A stretch of 64,000 nt of DNA, taken from an uncultured Methanosarcinales archaeon. GTDB taxonomy: Archaea; Nanobdellota; Nanobdellia; Woesearchaeales; JACPBV01. The position numbers were made by a program, and so were the translations under genes. The notes below the pieces were generated by a model. The model was given only the letters and a program-made list of their open reading frames with translations, was not told the DNA's origin and searched no databases. The stretch lies in contig CAZSRD010000005.1 in NCBI GenBank assembly GCA_964609455.1, forward strand, positions 4,878 to 68,877. The letters are read 5' to 3'. Below are positions 51,990-61,505 of this stretch, piece after piece (the stretch's first letter is position 1; every line of letters begins with the position of its first letter).

Positions 51990-52081
51990 GAAAAATGGCT
52001 GAAAAACATTTTTGGATTTATCGATAGGATTCATGGATTAGCCATTTTTCATATCTCACAAATTTGCTTAGCAAATTTGTG
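51990..52081. promoter_or_regulatory. two palindromic elements in a divergent intergenic region: an 11-bp inverted repeat GAAAAATGGCT/AGCCATTTTTC (51990-52000 and 52040-52050) and a perfect 25-bp palindrome CACAAATTTGC-TTA-GCAAATTTGTG (52057-52081)
   Basis: Read directly from the sequence. Lies between the divergently oriented 51606-51950(-) and 52323-52955(+) genes. Confidence 0.5.
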
Positions 52082-52322
52082 TTAACTAGAACCCAATTAT
52101 TTTCCTGTTTTTATTGAATCTTTCATTCTCTACAGCAAGGCTTCCCCAATTATGGAACTTTTTAGGAATGTTATGCAGAAAATAACGCTTATTTTTTCTT
52201 TCTTTTATGAACTGTGAATTTGGGCTTTATGTGCTTTTTAGTGTTAAAATTTTAAAGAATTAGGCTTGGTAAGTGAGGTATATAGTAAGGTATAAATAGG
52301 GGTTCATAAGGATTTTGCCCAT

Positions 52323-52955
52323 ATGGAAATAATCATTGCTTTCATAAAATTGCTAATTACTTTTTTAGCCTCACTCTTCTTTGGGTTAGAGAGGCAGAGA
52401 TCACATAAACCAGTTGGTTTCGGCACTTTTATTTTTGTCTCTGTTGGGGCTTGCGCTTTGGGCATTATTGTTGTTTCAGGCACTATCCTGAATACAGTTT
52501 CCTTATTGGCTGCTGTTGTTACAGGAATTGGCTTTTTAGGTGCTGGAGCTTTAATAAGGGGGCCTGATAAAGTTTTTGGATTTACGACTGCTGCATCAAT
52601 TTGGTTGTTTGCTATATTTGGCTTAACTTTGGGTGTTGGTGAGTACTTAATTGGCCTTTTTGTATATGTTATAATGTGGGTTGTTGTCCTTTTTGACCAT
52701 TACTTAGAGGACAGAGGCATAGGGTCGTATCAGAGGAGGTTGGTTATACGGACCAATAGGATAATTAGCGAGAAAGAGATCCATAGGCACCTTCTTTTGC
52801 ATACTAAAAGGCATAGGATATTAAGCTCTGATATAAACAAAGATACAAAGGAGATGGTTTTATCTTACTTGATAAATGGCGGCAGGGAGAAGCTGAACAA
52901 GTTATCTACTGAATTATACAAAGAAGAATGGTTAAAATCCCTTAGGATTGAGTAA
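52323..52955 (+). CDS. MgtC/SapB-family membrane protein
   Basis: LERQRSHKPVGFGTFIFVSVGAC...GIGFLGAGALIR. Confidence 0.65.
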   Translation: MEIIIAFIKLLITFLASLFFGLERQRSHKPVGFGTFIFVSVGACALGIIVVSGTILNTVSLLAAVVTGIGFLGAGALIRGPDKVFGFTTAASIWLFAIFGLTLGVGEYLIGLFVYVIMWVVVLFDHYLEDRGIGSYQRRLVIRTNRIISEKEIHRHLLLHTKRHRILSSDINKDTKEMVLSYLINGGREKLNKLSTELYKEEWLKSLRIE

Positions 52956-53457
52956 ATTTTATAATTTCTCTAGATAAGTAATCTCTCCAAAGTGCTCTTC
53001 TGCGCAGCCTTTACAATAGCTTTCGCTAGAATCCTTAATGCAAAACTCTGCTTCGTTACCACAAATTATACATTTTTTAGGCATGAATATTACTGAATGA
53101 TCTCTTCTTTAACCGCATGAACAATAGCCCATCTTTGATTTCTAATTGTTTGTGGATATAAAATTTATCATATTGCCTAACTATATCTATTACTTTAGAA
53201 TTCTCTTTATTATCGCTTGAAAAAATAAATACCACCCCCCTCTTGCGCTTTGTGGCCTCTTTCTGCCACCCCCAGCACAACCATTTTTAATGAATAGGTG
53301 ATTTAAATAGTTTTGGGTTGAGAAATATGACAAGAATATGCTAGTATAGGGATTTGTGATATTGGGTTCTGAAAATTCTATTAAATCCTACCTATATAAT
53401 CTAGTCACGAAAAATTTATTAACAACCCTTGCTTTCGAATGATTTGGGGGTTTTAAT

Positions 53458-54102
53458 ATGAAAACATATACTGCTGACACTAAATCTTTACTTACACATC
53501 TTGAAAGCAATGTCACAAAAATACAGCAATATCTATTAGATAATGGTGTTGAAGATATTCTTGAACCTTTTAGATTAGTTGAGTTTACTGTAAAAGCACA
53601 CGTTTACCATAATGCCAGATGCGCATACATGCTTGGCATTGCTGATGGAATGGCAGCTTTAAGGGATGGTACAATTGATGCAATTGTAGATACGGAATTC
53701 GAACAATCTGCAGCTCGTTTTGGGGAACTTCCTGGTGCTTTATATAATGAAGTTGAAAAAACTGAATTGCTGCTAGAACCTATGGGTATAAAGGAATTTG
53801 CACCTGATACCAAGGATGTTTTAAAGGTTATGAAGGCAAACTTTGATATAGTGTATCAAGCTTGGGTAAATGCAGGACTTGGAAAAGATCGAAAGCAACG
53901 TAATTACCTATATGCCCAGTTTATATACCATATGCATCTATTCTATAATCTTGGTGCGTATGATGCTTTTGACGCAACTTTACATAGTGATATACTTGTT
54001 ACAGATCCACCAGGAAAGAAAGATCGTTACGAGCGTCTCAAGAAACAGCTTGAACAAGAGCTTAAAAAACATGCGGAGAAAGCTACTGCAGCTGGAGAAT
54101 AA
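53458..54102 (+). CDS. hypothetical protein, compositionally GC-richer
   Basis: No motif recognised. Codon usage differs from the neighbours. Confidence 0.35.
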   Translation: MKTYTADTKSLLTHLESNVTKIQQYLLDNGVEDILEPFRLVEFTVKAHVYHNARCAYMLGIADGMAALRDGTIDAIVDTEFEQSAARFGELPGALYNEVEKTELLLEPMGIKEFAPDTKDVLKVMKANFDIVYQAWVNAGLGKDRKQRNYLYAQFIYHMHLFYNLGAYDAFDATLHSDILVTDPPGKKDRYERLKKQLEQELKKHAEKATAAGE

Positions 54103-54175
54103 ATCACAATATCTTCTCTTCTTCTTTATCTTTAGAGTTCTCCATAATTTTTTATGATTAAAAAGAATAAAAAAT

Positions 54176-54294
54176 GCGAGGAGGAGGATTCGAACCCCCG
54201 TAAGCACTAAGCTAATAGGTGTCTTACAAAAGTGACCTAAGCTTGGACATTTCTTGAGAAAATCTATCCCGTTTGGCCACTCCGGCATCCTCGC
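54176..54294 (-). tRNA. intron-containing class II-type tRNA (long variable arm, discriminator A; Leu-like), intron about 36 nt, anticodon not resolved by eye
   Basis: Minus strand GCGAGGA-TG-CCG-GAGTGGCCAAA-CGG-G-ATAGA...CCTAT-(AGC-TTAGT-GCT)TAC-GGGGG-TTCGAAT-CCTCC-TCCTCGC. Acceptor and T-arm pair perfectly. 119 nt in total. Confidence 0.65.
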
Positions 54295-54946
54295 ATTTGA
54301 AACGCTTATTGATTCTCTCAAGCTTTTCTGTGTTTTGTAATGGTAAAAGCTTTAAAAATTTATCTATTTCTCCTTTGTAAATCCTAATCCCATAAAACTC
54401 TTTATTGTATCTCTTGTTAGTCCATCTTTCTTTTAGATGTTTAATACCAAATTCGTTAAGGAGTTCTATTGTTCCTTTATGAAGAATTTGGCTTGCAGTT
54501 GTAAACCCTAAAGAATTGCCCCTGAATCCACCATCTGTATCAAAATATCCTGCTAGAAAGCAACTTTTAATTTCTTTTGAAGAGTTTTTTATTTTATTTG
54601 GAACAAAAACTATGGAACTTTTAGCTCCTTTTGGAATTTCCATTTCTTCGGACAAAAACTTAAATAACCTTTTATTCCTAACTTGAAAATATAATCTTTC
54701 CATCCTATTTCCATAAATTTTTGGAGATTGGGGTTGACTTTTTGTATAAATTAAGGATTTAATTACTTTACTTAAGTAGACAAGGTATTCTTTGTCTGAT
54801 ATATCTATTCTTATTTGATAATCAGTAGAATGATCAGTTTTAGATTTTGATGAGTTTACTATATGCCCATCACCAATTATAACTCCTACAAGATAAGCGG
54901 TTTTGGGAGTAAGCTTAATCTTTGATTCAATTTTTTTATTATTCAT
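54224..54946 (-). CDS. free-standing double-motif LAGLIDADG homing-endonuclease-like protein; its 3' end runs into the tRNA
   Basis: YLVGVIIGDGHIVNS and FLAGYFDTDGGFRG. Confidence 0.7.
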   Translation of the reverse strand: MNNKKIESKIKLTPKTAYLVGVIIGDGHIVNSSKSKTDHSTDYQIRIDISDKEYLVYLSKVIKSLIYTKSQPQSPKIYGNRMERLYFQVRNKRLFKFLSEEMEIPKGAKSSIVFVPNKIKNSSKEIKSCFLAGYFDTDGGFRGNSLGFTTASQILHKGTIELLNEFGIKHLKERWTNKRYNKEFYGIRIYKGEIDKFLKLLPLQNTEKLERINKRFKCEDAGVAKRDRFSQEMSKLRSLL

Positions 54947-55087
54947 TTAAATCACTAAATTTTACTTAGTTGAGACTATTTAAATGATTTTTAGTTTTTT
55001 TAGCAAAAATCATAATTTAATAGTCGAAACATTATTTAAAGTGATTTAAATATAAAAGAATTGGAGTTTAAATATCTTGCTTAATTT

Positions 55088-55107
55088 GACCACTCCGGCA
55101 TCTCCGC
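55088..55107 (-). repeat. degenerate partial copy of the 54176-54294 tRNA 5' end (GCGGAGATGCCGGAGTGGTC versus GCGAGGATGCCGGAGTGGCC)
   Basis: 17 of 20 positions identical. Located on the far side of the LAGLIDADG ORF from the intact tRNA. Confidence 0.5.
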
Positions 55108-55204
55108 ACAATAGGCTAAGAAAATTGGCCATTATAAAAATCTTTCTACTTCTATGTTGGAAATTAATAAAATTTAAATATGACCTGTTGAGCAAAGAAT
55201 TAAG

Positions 55205-55903
55205 ATGAAAAAGCTGATTTATCTGTTATTGGTGTTAGGCATTGCCCTAATAGTCGGTTGTAGTTTAAAAAAACCGTGTGAATCTATAGCTGATCCTGCT
55301 ACTAAGGATGATTGCCTTTTTGAAAGAGCACTTGAGTCTGGTTCTTTAAATGATTGCAATAGCATCCAATCTGATTCGGTTAAAAATCCATGTATTGCCG
55401 AGATCGGAATAATGAAAGAAGACCAATCTATATGTGATTCAATAGATGGGATGTCAAGGGATTATTGCATTACAAAGATTGCTATGTCCGCAAAAGATTT
55501 CTCCAGGTGCAATCAGGTAAGTACAACCTACTGGTCAGACATATGTGTTAAGGAATTTGCAGTATCTGATAACAATTTTACAAGATGCGCTAAAATCTCT
55601 AATCTTTTTGAGAAGGATGAATGTTATAATGCTATAGCGCAGAATATCGCTAAAGTTGAGCCGTGCTTTTATATCTATAATGAGACAAATCATGACTTAT
55701 GCGTAAGGAGAATAGCAGTAGCTACCTTGAATGAGAGTTTATGCGAGGAAACGAAAACTGTCGTAATAGGGGATATATGCTACCAGAAGATAGCCCAGTT
55801 GAAGAAAAATGAATCAATTTGTGATGGTGCTAGTTATTGGGATATAAAGAATGCTTGTAAGGCAGCAGTAAGATCTATCCTTAATAAAACTGAGCAGGAT
55901 TAA
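55205..55903 (+). CDS. secreted Cys-rich repeat protein with a lipobox-like signal (LIVGC)
   Basis: MKKLIYLLLVLGIALIVGCS, then roughly 35-aa repeats of the form C...D.C......A. Confidence 0.4.
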   Translation: MKKLIYLLLVLGIALIVGCSLKKPCESIADPATKDDCLFERALESGSLNDCNSIQSDSVKNPCIAEIGIMKEDQSICDSIDGMSRDYCITKIAMSAKDFSRCNQVSTTYWSDICVKEFAVSDNNFTRCAKISNLFEKDECYNAIAQNIAKVEPCFYIYNETNHDLCVRRIAVATLNESLCEETKTVVIGDICYQKIAQLKKNESICDGASYWDIKNACKAAVRSILNKTEQD

Positions 55904-56068
55904 CTATTTCTTTTGCCACTTATATTTTCTTAGTCTAGAAGATTTTCCATAGCCGCATGAGCAGCATCTGCTTTTTCTCATGTGGTATGTCCTTTTACCG
56001 CATCTTCTGCAATGTATCATATTCTTCTTTCCAGACTTCCCACCCATTGATTTAGTTCCTTTAGTCAT
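55904..56068 (-). CDS. rpl37e: ribosomal protein L37e (54 aa; not in the ORF track)
   Basis: Minus-strand translation MTKGTKSMGGKSGKKNMIHCRRCGKRTYHMRKSRCCSCGYGKSSRLRKYKWQKK carries the L37e C4 zinc ribbon. Confidence 0.8.
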   Translation of the reverse strand: MTKGTKSMGGKSGKKNMIHCRRCGKRTYHMRKSRCCSCGYGKSSRLRKYKWQKK

Positions 56069-56087
56069 TTTAAAGAAATATATCCTT

Positions 56088-56324
56088 TTATTCTGGAGAG
56101 ATTACAGTTATTGTATCTCCTCTTATAAAGATAACTCCTAGTTTTCTCTTAACTTCTCCGTTTTCTCTTTCTTCTGCGTTCTCTAGAACAACATTTATAT
56201 GTATGTCAAATGATTTTAGATTTCCAATGTACTGTTTGTTGTTCTTTAGCTCTACAATTACTTTCTTATCTCTTGCTCTATTCAATGCGTCCAATGGTCT
56301 TGATACTTCGGTCATAAAAAACAC
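56088..56324 (-). CDS. Sm-like archaeal protein (SmAP)
   Basis: RPLDALNRARDKKVIVELKNNKQYIGNLKSFDIHINVVLENAEE...IFIRGDTITVIS contains Sm1 and Sm2 motifs. Confidence 0.8.
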   Translation of the reverse strand: MFFMTEVSRPLDALNRARDKKVIVELKNNKQYIGNLKSFDIHINVVLENAEERENGEVKRKLGVIFIRGDTITVISPE

Positions 56325-56436
56325 CCCTCCAATAAATTAAATAATAACATAAGAGGTGGCGGTTCTATATATAAATCTTTTGGATTATTTGATATTTACC
56401 ATAAGATTTATAAATGAAATAGGAATTCTGCTTTTT

Positions 56437-56817
56437 ATGGTAGTTTATCAGGGAAGAGGCAAGAGGAGTTCAAGAGGCTCAAGGTATAAGAGCTATAGGG
56501 GTTATAAGAAAAATGAACTAGGCAGATTGCCTTCTTTGACTGGATTAGCTAAGAAAAGATTAAAGCATATAAGGATTCTTGGTGGAAAAAATAAGTTAAG
56601 GCTATTAAGTGAAGAGTTTGTTAATGTTGTTGATACTAAAACAAAAAAATCACAGAAAGTAAAGATAAAAACTATTACTGGAAATCCTGCAAACAGGCAT
56701 TTTGTCAGAAGAAACATAATGACAAAAGGCGCAATTATAGAGACAGAAGCTGGCAAGGCAAGAATAACTTCAAGGCCAGGGCAGGATGGCGTTGTTAATG
56801 CAGTACTTATTTCTTAG
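56437..56817 (+). CDS. rps8e: ribosomal protein S8e; start placed at MVVYQGRGKRS
   Basis: YQGRGKRSSRGSRYKSYRGYKKNELGRLP...AIIETEAGKARITSRPGQDGVVNAVLI. Confidence 0.85.
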   Translation: MVVYQGRGKRSSRGSRYKSYRGYKKNELGRLPSLTGLAKKRLKHIRILGGKNKLRLLSEEFVNVVDTKTKKSQKVKIKTITGNPANRHFVRRNIMTKGAIIETEAGKARITSRPGQDGVVNAVLIS

Positions 56818-56875
56818 ATATTGTTACTTTTTAGTAATTACAAGATAGAAAGATTTATATATTGGTTGTCTATGT

Positions 56876-57739
56876 GTGATTTATATGGTTAAGGGAGTTG
56901 AAGAAATAGTACTTACTGAAACTGCACTTAGGCAGAAAGCTTCTCATATGGTTGCTATAGATGGAGTAAATTGGGAACAAATTAGAGCAAGAGAAGGGGA
57001 AGCAAAAGCAGCAAGATTATTAGAAGAAGCAATAGAAGCTGAAAAAGAAAGTATTGCTTCTCAACCAGGTGTTGATATTTTTAAAGATAATTCTGAGCCA
57101 GGTTATGGTGTAAACTATGATAACTTAAGTTGCTTTAGGAGCAAAGGCCAAGCAAGTTTTGACCAAAATTATCTTCTATTAAGGCAGATATGGTACGGCA
57201 TTAATTATGTTGAAGTTCCAGGAAGAAAATCAGGAGTTCCGCATGAATTTTTATCGGCTATGAATACGTCTGAAATTCTATCGCTTTATAGGGCGTTTGC
57301 AAGATTACTGGAAAAGAGGAACATTCCTACTGGAAAAGGAGAAGAGACTATTTCAAAAGAGGAATTAAAAGGCATGCCTGTTGAGCTTATAATATCTAAG
57401 ATGGTTGGTTATGGATGCAGGCATCAAGCTATGGCTGCAATGACCAAAAGAGGATGGACTTATTTCCACACCAGAAGAGGAGATCTAATAAGAAGGATAA
57501 AACCATTTGGACAAAGAACAAAGGATAAGTTCATGGAATTATTAGATAATTCAGTTAGAACAACCCAGCTAACTTCAGGAAGGGGAGGACAATACGATTT
57601 TGAAGATCCATGTTATGATGGTTGGGATGCTAGAAGGGGGCTAATGAAAATTAAGGGCCCTATGGGGAGAAAGTCGTATACCCGAGCTATCGCTTCTTTT
57701 ATGGGTAATTTATATGCTAGAAACACACAAAAAGCATAA
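56876..57739 (+). CDS. hypothetical protein
   Basis: 287-aa ORF. No recognisable motif. Confidence 0.35.
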   Translation: MIYMVKGVEEIVLTETALRQKASHMVAIDGVNWEQIRAREGEAKAARLLEEAIEAEKESIASQPGVDIFKDNSEPGYGVNYDNLSCFRSKGQASFDQNYLLLRQIWYGINYVEVPGRKSGVPHEFLSAMNTSEILSLYRAFARLLEKRNIPTGKGEETISKEELKGMPVELIISKMVGYGCRHQAMAAMTKRGWTYFHTRRGDLIRRIKPFGQRTKDKFMELLDNSVRTTQLTSGRGGQYDFEDPCYDGWDARRGLMKIKGPMGRKSYTRAIASFMGNLYARNTQKA

Positions 57740-57764
57740 ATACTAATAAGCTATTTCTTTTTTT

Positions 57765-58424
57765 ATGAATAAGATATATGAAGTATACAATTTGCTCTAC
57801 AGCTCATTTGGCAAACAAGGCTGGTGGCCTTTAACCATTGAAGGGTTTGAAAGTAAACACTATGCTGGTAGGCCTAAGAATTCTAAGCATAGATTTGAGA
57901 TAATTGTTGGTGCAATATTAACTCAGAATACTAATTGGAAGAATGTTGAGAAGGCGCTTTACAACCTAAGCAAAAACAACTTATTAGGCACAGATAAAAT
58001 AATCAAAGCAAAAAAAGAAAAGATTGCTTCTTTGATAATGCCTGCTGGTTATTACAACCAGAAAGCTGAAAGATTGAAGATAATTGCTGAGTTTATTTCT
58101 AAGAATGATAATCCTACAAGGGAAGAATTGTTAGCTGTAAAAGGAATAGGGTCAGAAACAGCAGATTCTATATTGCTTTATGCTTATGAAAAGCCATTTT
58201 TTGTTATAGATGCCTATACAAAAAGGATATTTGAAAGGCTGGGTTTTGTAGCTTCGGATTATTATGGGTGGCAGAAATTGTTTATGGATAATCTGCCTAA
58301 AGATGTTTCATTGTTTAAGGAGTATCACGCTTTATTGGTTGAATTGGGGAAAAATTATTGCAAAACAAAGCCAATATGCAAGGAATGCCAGCTTAATAGC
58401 TTATGCAAACAAAAAATTTTATAA
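57765..58424 (+). CDS. second HhH-GPD DNA glycosylase (EndoIII-like) with a C-terminal Cys cluster
   Basis: IIVGAILTQNTNWKNVEKAL, VKGIGSETADSILLYAY, VIDAYTKRIF, and CKTKPICKECQLNSLC. Confidence 0.75.
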   Translation: MNKIYEVYNLLYSSFGKQGWWPLTIEGFESKHYAGRPKNSKHRFEIIVGAILTQNTNWKNVEKALYNLSKNNLLGTDKIIKAKKEKIASLIMPAGYYNQKAERLKIIAEFISKNDNPTREELLAVKGIGSETADSILLYAYEKPFFVIDAYTKRIFERLGFVASDYYGWQKLFMDNLPKDVSLFKEYHALLVELGKNYCKTKPICKECQLNSLCKQKIL

Positions 58425-58600
58425 ACTTAGCCGATTTATCTTTCTTTATGGCAAAATGTCCTAGTTGTAAAGGAGAAGTAACATTAAAAACTGTAGAGAC
58501 TGAAACCAAAGGAGCTGGGTTTTTGAAACAGGAGATTATGTATGCCTGCCCTCACTGCAAAAGCATCTTAGGTTTTAGCAGGGGCAAATGGACAGGTTAA
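58403..58600 (+). CDS. small zinc-ribbon protein
   Basis: CPSCKG...CPHCKS. Confidence 0.3.
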   Translation: MQTKNFINLADLSFFMAKCPSCKGEVTLKTVETETKGAGFLKQEIMYACPHCKSILGFSRGKWTG

Positions 58601-58601
58601 A

Positions 58602-58907
58602 ATGATAAAAATATTAATTATTTTAATAATTGCAATTGTAATGGCTGCTGTTCTGTTTACTTTGTTAAAAAAGGTTGTGAAATTTGCTTTATTTGTTGGG
58701 CTAATTATCATTGTTTTTTTAGTTATAACCAGCATCATTTACCCTGGTGAAAACATATTTCAAAAGGGAAAAGATTATATACTAGGAAAAACAGGAAGTG
58801 CATTAGAGGCAGGAAAAGACAAGGTTACGGCATATGTAATTACAGGGACTAATGAGTCATTAAATAAGGCTAAAGAAAAGGTCTTTGAAGTTATAGAATT
58901 GGACTGA
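58602..58907 (+). CDS. small membrane protein
   Basis: Two TM helices. Confidence 0.3.
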   Translation: MIKILIILIIAIVMAAVLFTLLKKVVKFALFVGLIIIVFLVITSIIYPGENIFQKGKDYILGKTGSALEAGKDKVTAYVITGTNESLNKAKEKVFEVIELD

Positions 58908-58925
58908 TTTCATTTAAAAGAGAGG

Positions 58926-59381
58926 TTGATAGAGAAGATGGGTATTTTTGATAAATTAGCTTTCTGGAAGAAAAAGGATGATTTTGATCTAGGCAAGGAT
59001 TTCGGAGCAGACCTAGGCTTAGGCCCTAATGATAATTTTGGAGGCCCTGATTTAGGTTTGCCGCCACAAGGAAGAGGGCCAGGCAGAGATTTAGGTTTGC
59101 CTTCAAGAAATTTAGGAATGCCAGATGATACAGGATTTGGCAATATGGGGCAGGGATTTCAACAGGCTCCCCCAGGCAGGCCAGCACCAATGCAGCAGCC
59201 ATTTGGAGCTCCAGTACAACCATCAGTAACGGAAAGAGATTACGCAAGTAATGATAAATTTGAGGTTGTTTCTGCAAAACTTGACGCTATTAGATACACA
59301 TTAGACAGCATTAACCAAAGATTAAGGAGTTTAGAGAGAGTTGCTTACGGTGAGCATGAAGATAATAAGAAGAGATGGTAA
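58926..59381 (+). CDS. Gly/Pro-rich low-complexity protein with DLGLP repeats and a C-terminal coiled coil
   Basis: DLGLGPNDNFGGPDLGLPPQGRGPGRDLGLPSRNLGMPDD. Confidence 0.35.
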   Translation: MIEKMGIFDKLAFWKKKDDFDLGKDFGADLGLGPNDNFGGPDLGLPPQGRGPGRDLGLPSRNLGMPDDTGFGNMGQGFQQAPPGRPAPMQQPFGAPVQPSVTERDYASNDKFEVVSAKLDAIRYTLDSINQRLRSLERVAYGEHEDNKKRW

Positions 59382-59413
59382 GGTTTATAAAGTTCTGAAT
59401 TAATTCTTCTATT

Positions 59414-59854
59414 ATGAAAAAACCAATTGTATTGATTTCCTCAATAAGCATACTTATTGTTATCTTAGATCAATTAACCAAATTTTTTGTTTCTAAGTAT
59501 ATGAGTTTAGGCCAATCAATACCTTTGATAAAGAATATTCTTAATTTTACATATATACTCAATACCGGAGGAGGATTTGGCATACTTAAAGGGTGGAATG
59601 TTGTTTTAATATTTATTTCTTTGATTATTATTGGCATTATATTGTTTTATATGGACAGAATTGCCAGGGATAAGCAGATTCATATACCCACAGCTTTGGT
59701 TTTAGGCGGCGCTGTTGGTAATTTAATTGATAGGATACTCTTAGGCCATGTTATAGATTTTATTGATTTTAGGATATGGCCTGCTTTCAATGTAGCTGAT
59801 TCTTGCATTACAATAGGTGCTATATGGCTTATTGTTTATTTCTGGAGAAAATGA
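59414..59854 (+). CDS. lspA: lipoprotein signal peptidase (signal peptidase II, A8 family)
   Basis: NTGGGFGI and FNVADSCITIGAIWLI match the conserved LspA Asn/Asp boxes. Four TM helices. Confidence 0.75.
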   Translation: MKKPIVLISSISILIVILDQLTKFFVSKYMSLGQSIPLIKNILNFTYILNTGGGFGILKGWNVVLIFISLIIIGIILFYMDRIARDKQIHIPTALVLGGAVGNLIDRILLGHVIDFIDFRIWPAFNVADSCITIGAIWLIVYFWRK

Positions 59855-59989
59855 GCTCTAATGTTTTTTTATATGTCAGAAATATACCGTTGGCCTATTT
59901 TACCAGTGGATAATGTCCACTCTTCTGTTTTGGAAGAGGGTGTATTTCTGAGCATGCTCAAGAACCACAAAGATCAATTGGATGGCTTA

Positions 59990-60277
59990 TCAACGTGAGC
60001 CTTTCATGCCACCCCTATCTGGTGGGCGGTTCTTGACATTTTTGAAATAACCCCTTCTGTAAAGAGTGTATAGGGTTATACTTCCGGCTACAAATAAGGC
60101 TAGAATTGATAACTGGCTCAACATAAACTTAGTATTGTTAAATGGGCTGTACAGGCCTTTTTGAATGATGTGAAATTTCCAGTTGCTTTGTATCAGCACT
60201 TTAACAACCCTTAAGCCGAATGTGAAGACATAGACTGCAATGCCGATTAAGAAACCTACAATATATTCTCGCCTCAT
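59990..60277 (-). CDS. small membrane protein
   Basis: Two TM helices. Confidence 0.3.
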   Translation of the reverse strand: MRREYIVGFLIGIAVYVFTFGLRVVKVLIQSNWKFHIIQKGLYSPFNNTKFMLSQLSILALFVAGSITLYTLYRRGYFKNVKNRPPDRGGMKGSR

Positions 60278-60312
60278 TAGACTTTTTGAAAATTACTAGA
60301 ATAAAAAGGTTT

Positions 60313-60849
60313 CTATTTTAAGCAGGAATGGGGCTTGTAGTCCTTCTTAGCTTCTGCTTCATCATTAAACCATACTTGGTTTGCTTTTTTAATCTTCTTT
60401 GCCCAGTCGCATTTTGGAGCATGGTAACTTGTTCCTGTTTTGCTTGCCACAAATTTTCCTGGCTCGAAGTTAGTATAAACTGGCTCTTCTTTTCCAACTT
60501 CTTTCTCTTCCTCTTCTTTTTTAATGTTTAATACAGAAAGTACAAAGCCAAGTGCTGCAAAAAGCAATGTAAATAGGAATGTTACTCCTGTTGTGCCAGT
60601 CTTCATAAAGATAAACAACAGATCAAGTAATATCAATATGAAAACACCGTTTAAAACTCCCCAGCCGCCTTTTGAGCCAGAATATGCTGGGATTAAAGCA
60701 ACAAATGATATGAAAAGCAATAATGCCACAAACAGCAATTCCAAAAGAAAACCTAAGCCTGAGTATCTAAAAATTATTTTTGTAAGGCCTAGAAATACTA
60801 TTAACAATATAAGGTCTGTAATGAAATAGCTTATCTTTGCGTCCCCCAT
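60313..60849 (-). CDS. membrane protein with a C-terminal Ada-like zinc-binding motif
   Basis: Four TM helices, then SYHAPKCDWAKKIKKANQVWFNDEAEAKKDYKPHSC, which resembles the Ada N-terminal C...C...FxxxxxAxxxGxxPC pattern. Confidence 0.4.
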   Translation of the reverse strand: MGDAKISYFITDLILLIVFLGLTKIIFRYSGLGFLLELLFVALLLFISFVALIPAYSGSKGGWGVLNGVFILILLDLLFIFMKTGTTGVTFLFTLLFAALGFVLSVLNIKKEEEEKEVGKEEPVYTNFEPGKFVASKTGTSYHAPKCDWAKKIKKANQVWFNDEAEAKKDYKPHSCLK

Positions 60850-60908
60850 TTTATATATTGCTAATGCATAGCTTATATTTAAATATTTCTATTCTGGAGT
60901 GGTGATTT

Positions 60909-61457
60909 TTACTCGAGAGCGTTTATTTTTGCTTCTGGCTTAGGCATCTTTACAAAAGCGACACCTACTTCCTGTAGAAGGTCTTTTGCTGCCTGGTCAG
61001 GGTAATCGCCAAAGGTAACATACCTTTTGATTCTTGCATTAGCCAGCATCTTGGCGCACAATATGCAAGGGGGATGAGTGCAATAGATGGTTGCTCCTTC
61101 TATGTTGACACCATGCAAACCTGCTTGTATTATTGCGTTCTGCTCTGCGTGAATAGCTCTGCATATTTCATGGCGCTCTCCCGAAGGAATATTATTTTGG
61201 TCTCTTAAGCAGCCTAACTCCAGGCAATCCTTAACACCTGCTGCTGCCCCATTATAGCCTGTTGTAAGAATCTGCTTGTCTTTTACAATAACTGCTCCAA
61301 CATGGTGCCTTCTGCATGTTGAGCGCTCTGCTACAAGCATGGCTATCTTTAAGAAATATTCATCCCATGAAGGCCTTTTTATTATATCTGTCATTTTGAT
61401 GTGCATAACTTTACTTTTTTCTTTTTGCAAACCAGTTTTTTGTTTTCCAGTTCGCAA
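60909..61457 (-). CDS. deoxycytidylate (dCMP) / cytidine deaminase-family zinc enzyme
   Basis: HAEQNAII and PCILCAKML (H[AC]E...PCxxC). Confidence 0.8.
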   Translation of the reverse strand: MRTGKQKTGLQKEKSKVMHIKMTDIIKRPSWDEYFLKIAMLVAERSTCRRHHVGAVIVKDKQILTTGYNGAAAGVKDCLELGCLRDQNNIPSGERHEICRAIHAEQNAIIQAGLHGVNIEGATIYCTHPPCILCAKMLANARIKRYVTFGDYPDQAAKDLLQEVGVAFVKMPKPEAKINALE

Positions 61458-61505
61458 ACTTCTGCTTCATGCTCTTTACAATCCATCTTTTCTTTTTTGA
61501 CCATT

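Noticed and set aside
53077-53280. 67-aa minus-strand ORF
   Set aside because: No motif, short, and isolated in an intergenic stretch. Coding status is unsupported.
54150-54300. Assigning the 54176-54294 tRNA as Leu(CAA) or Leu(TAG) from CTCAAGA and CTTAGGT heptamers
   Set aside because: Neither heptamer is flanked by a pairing 5-bp stem. Canonical 37/38 splicing gives implausible loops, with a pyrimidine at position 37. The anticodon is left unresolved.
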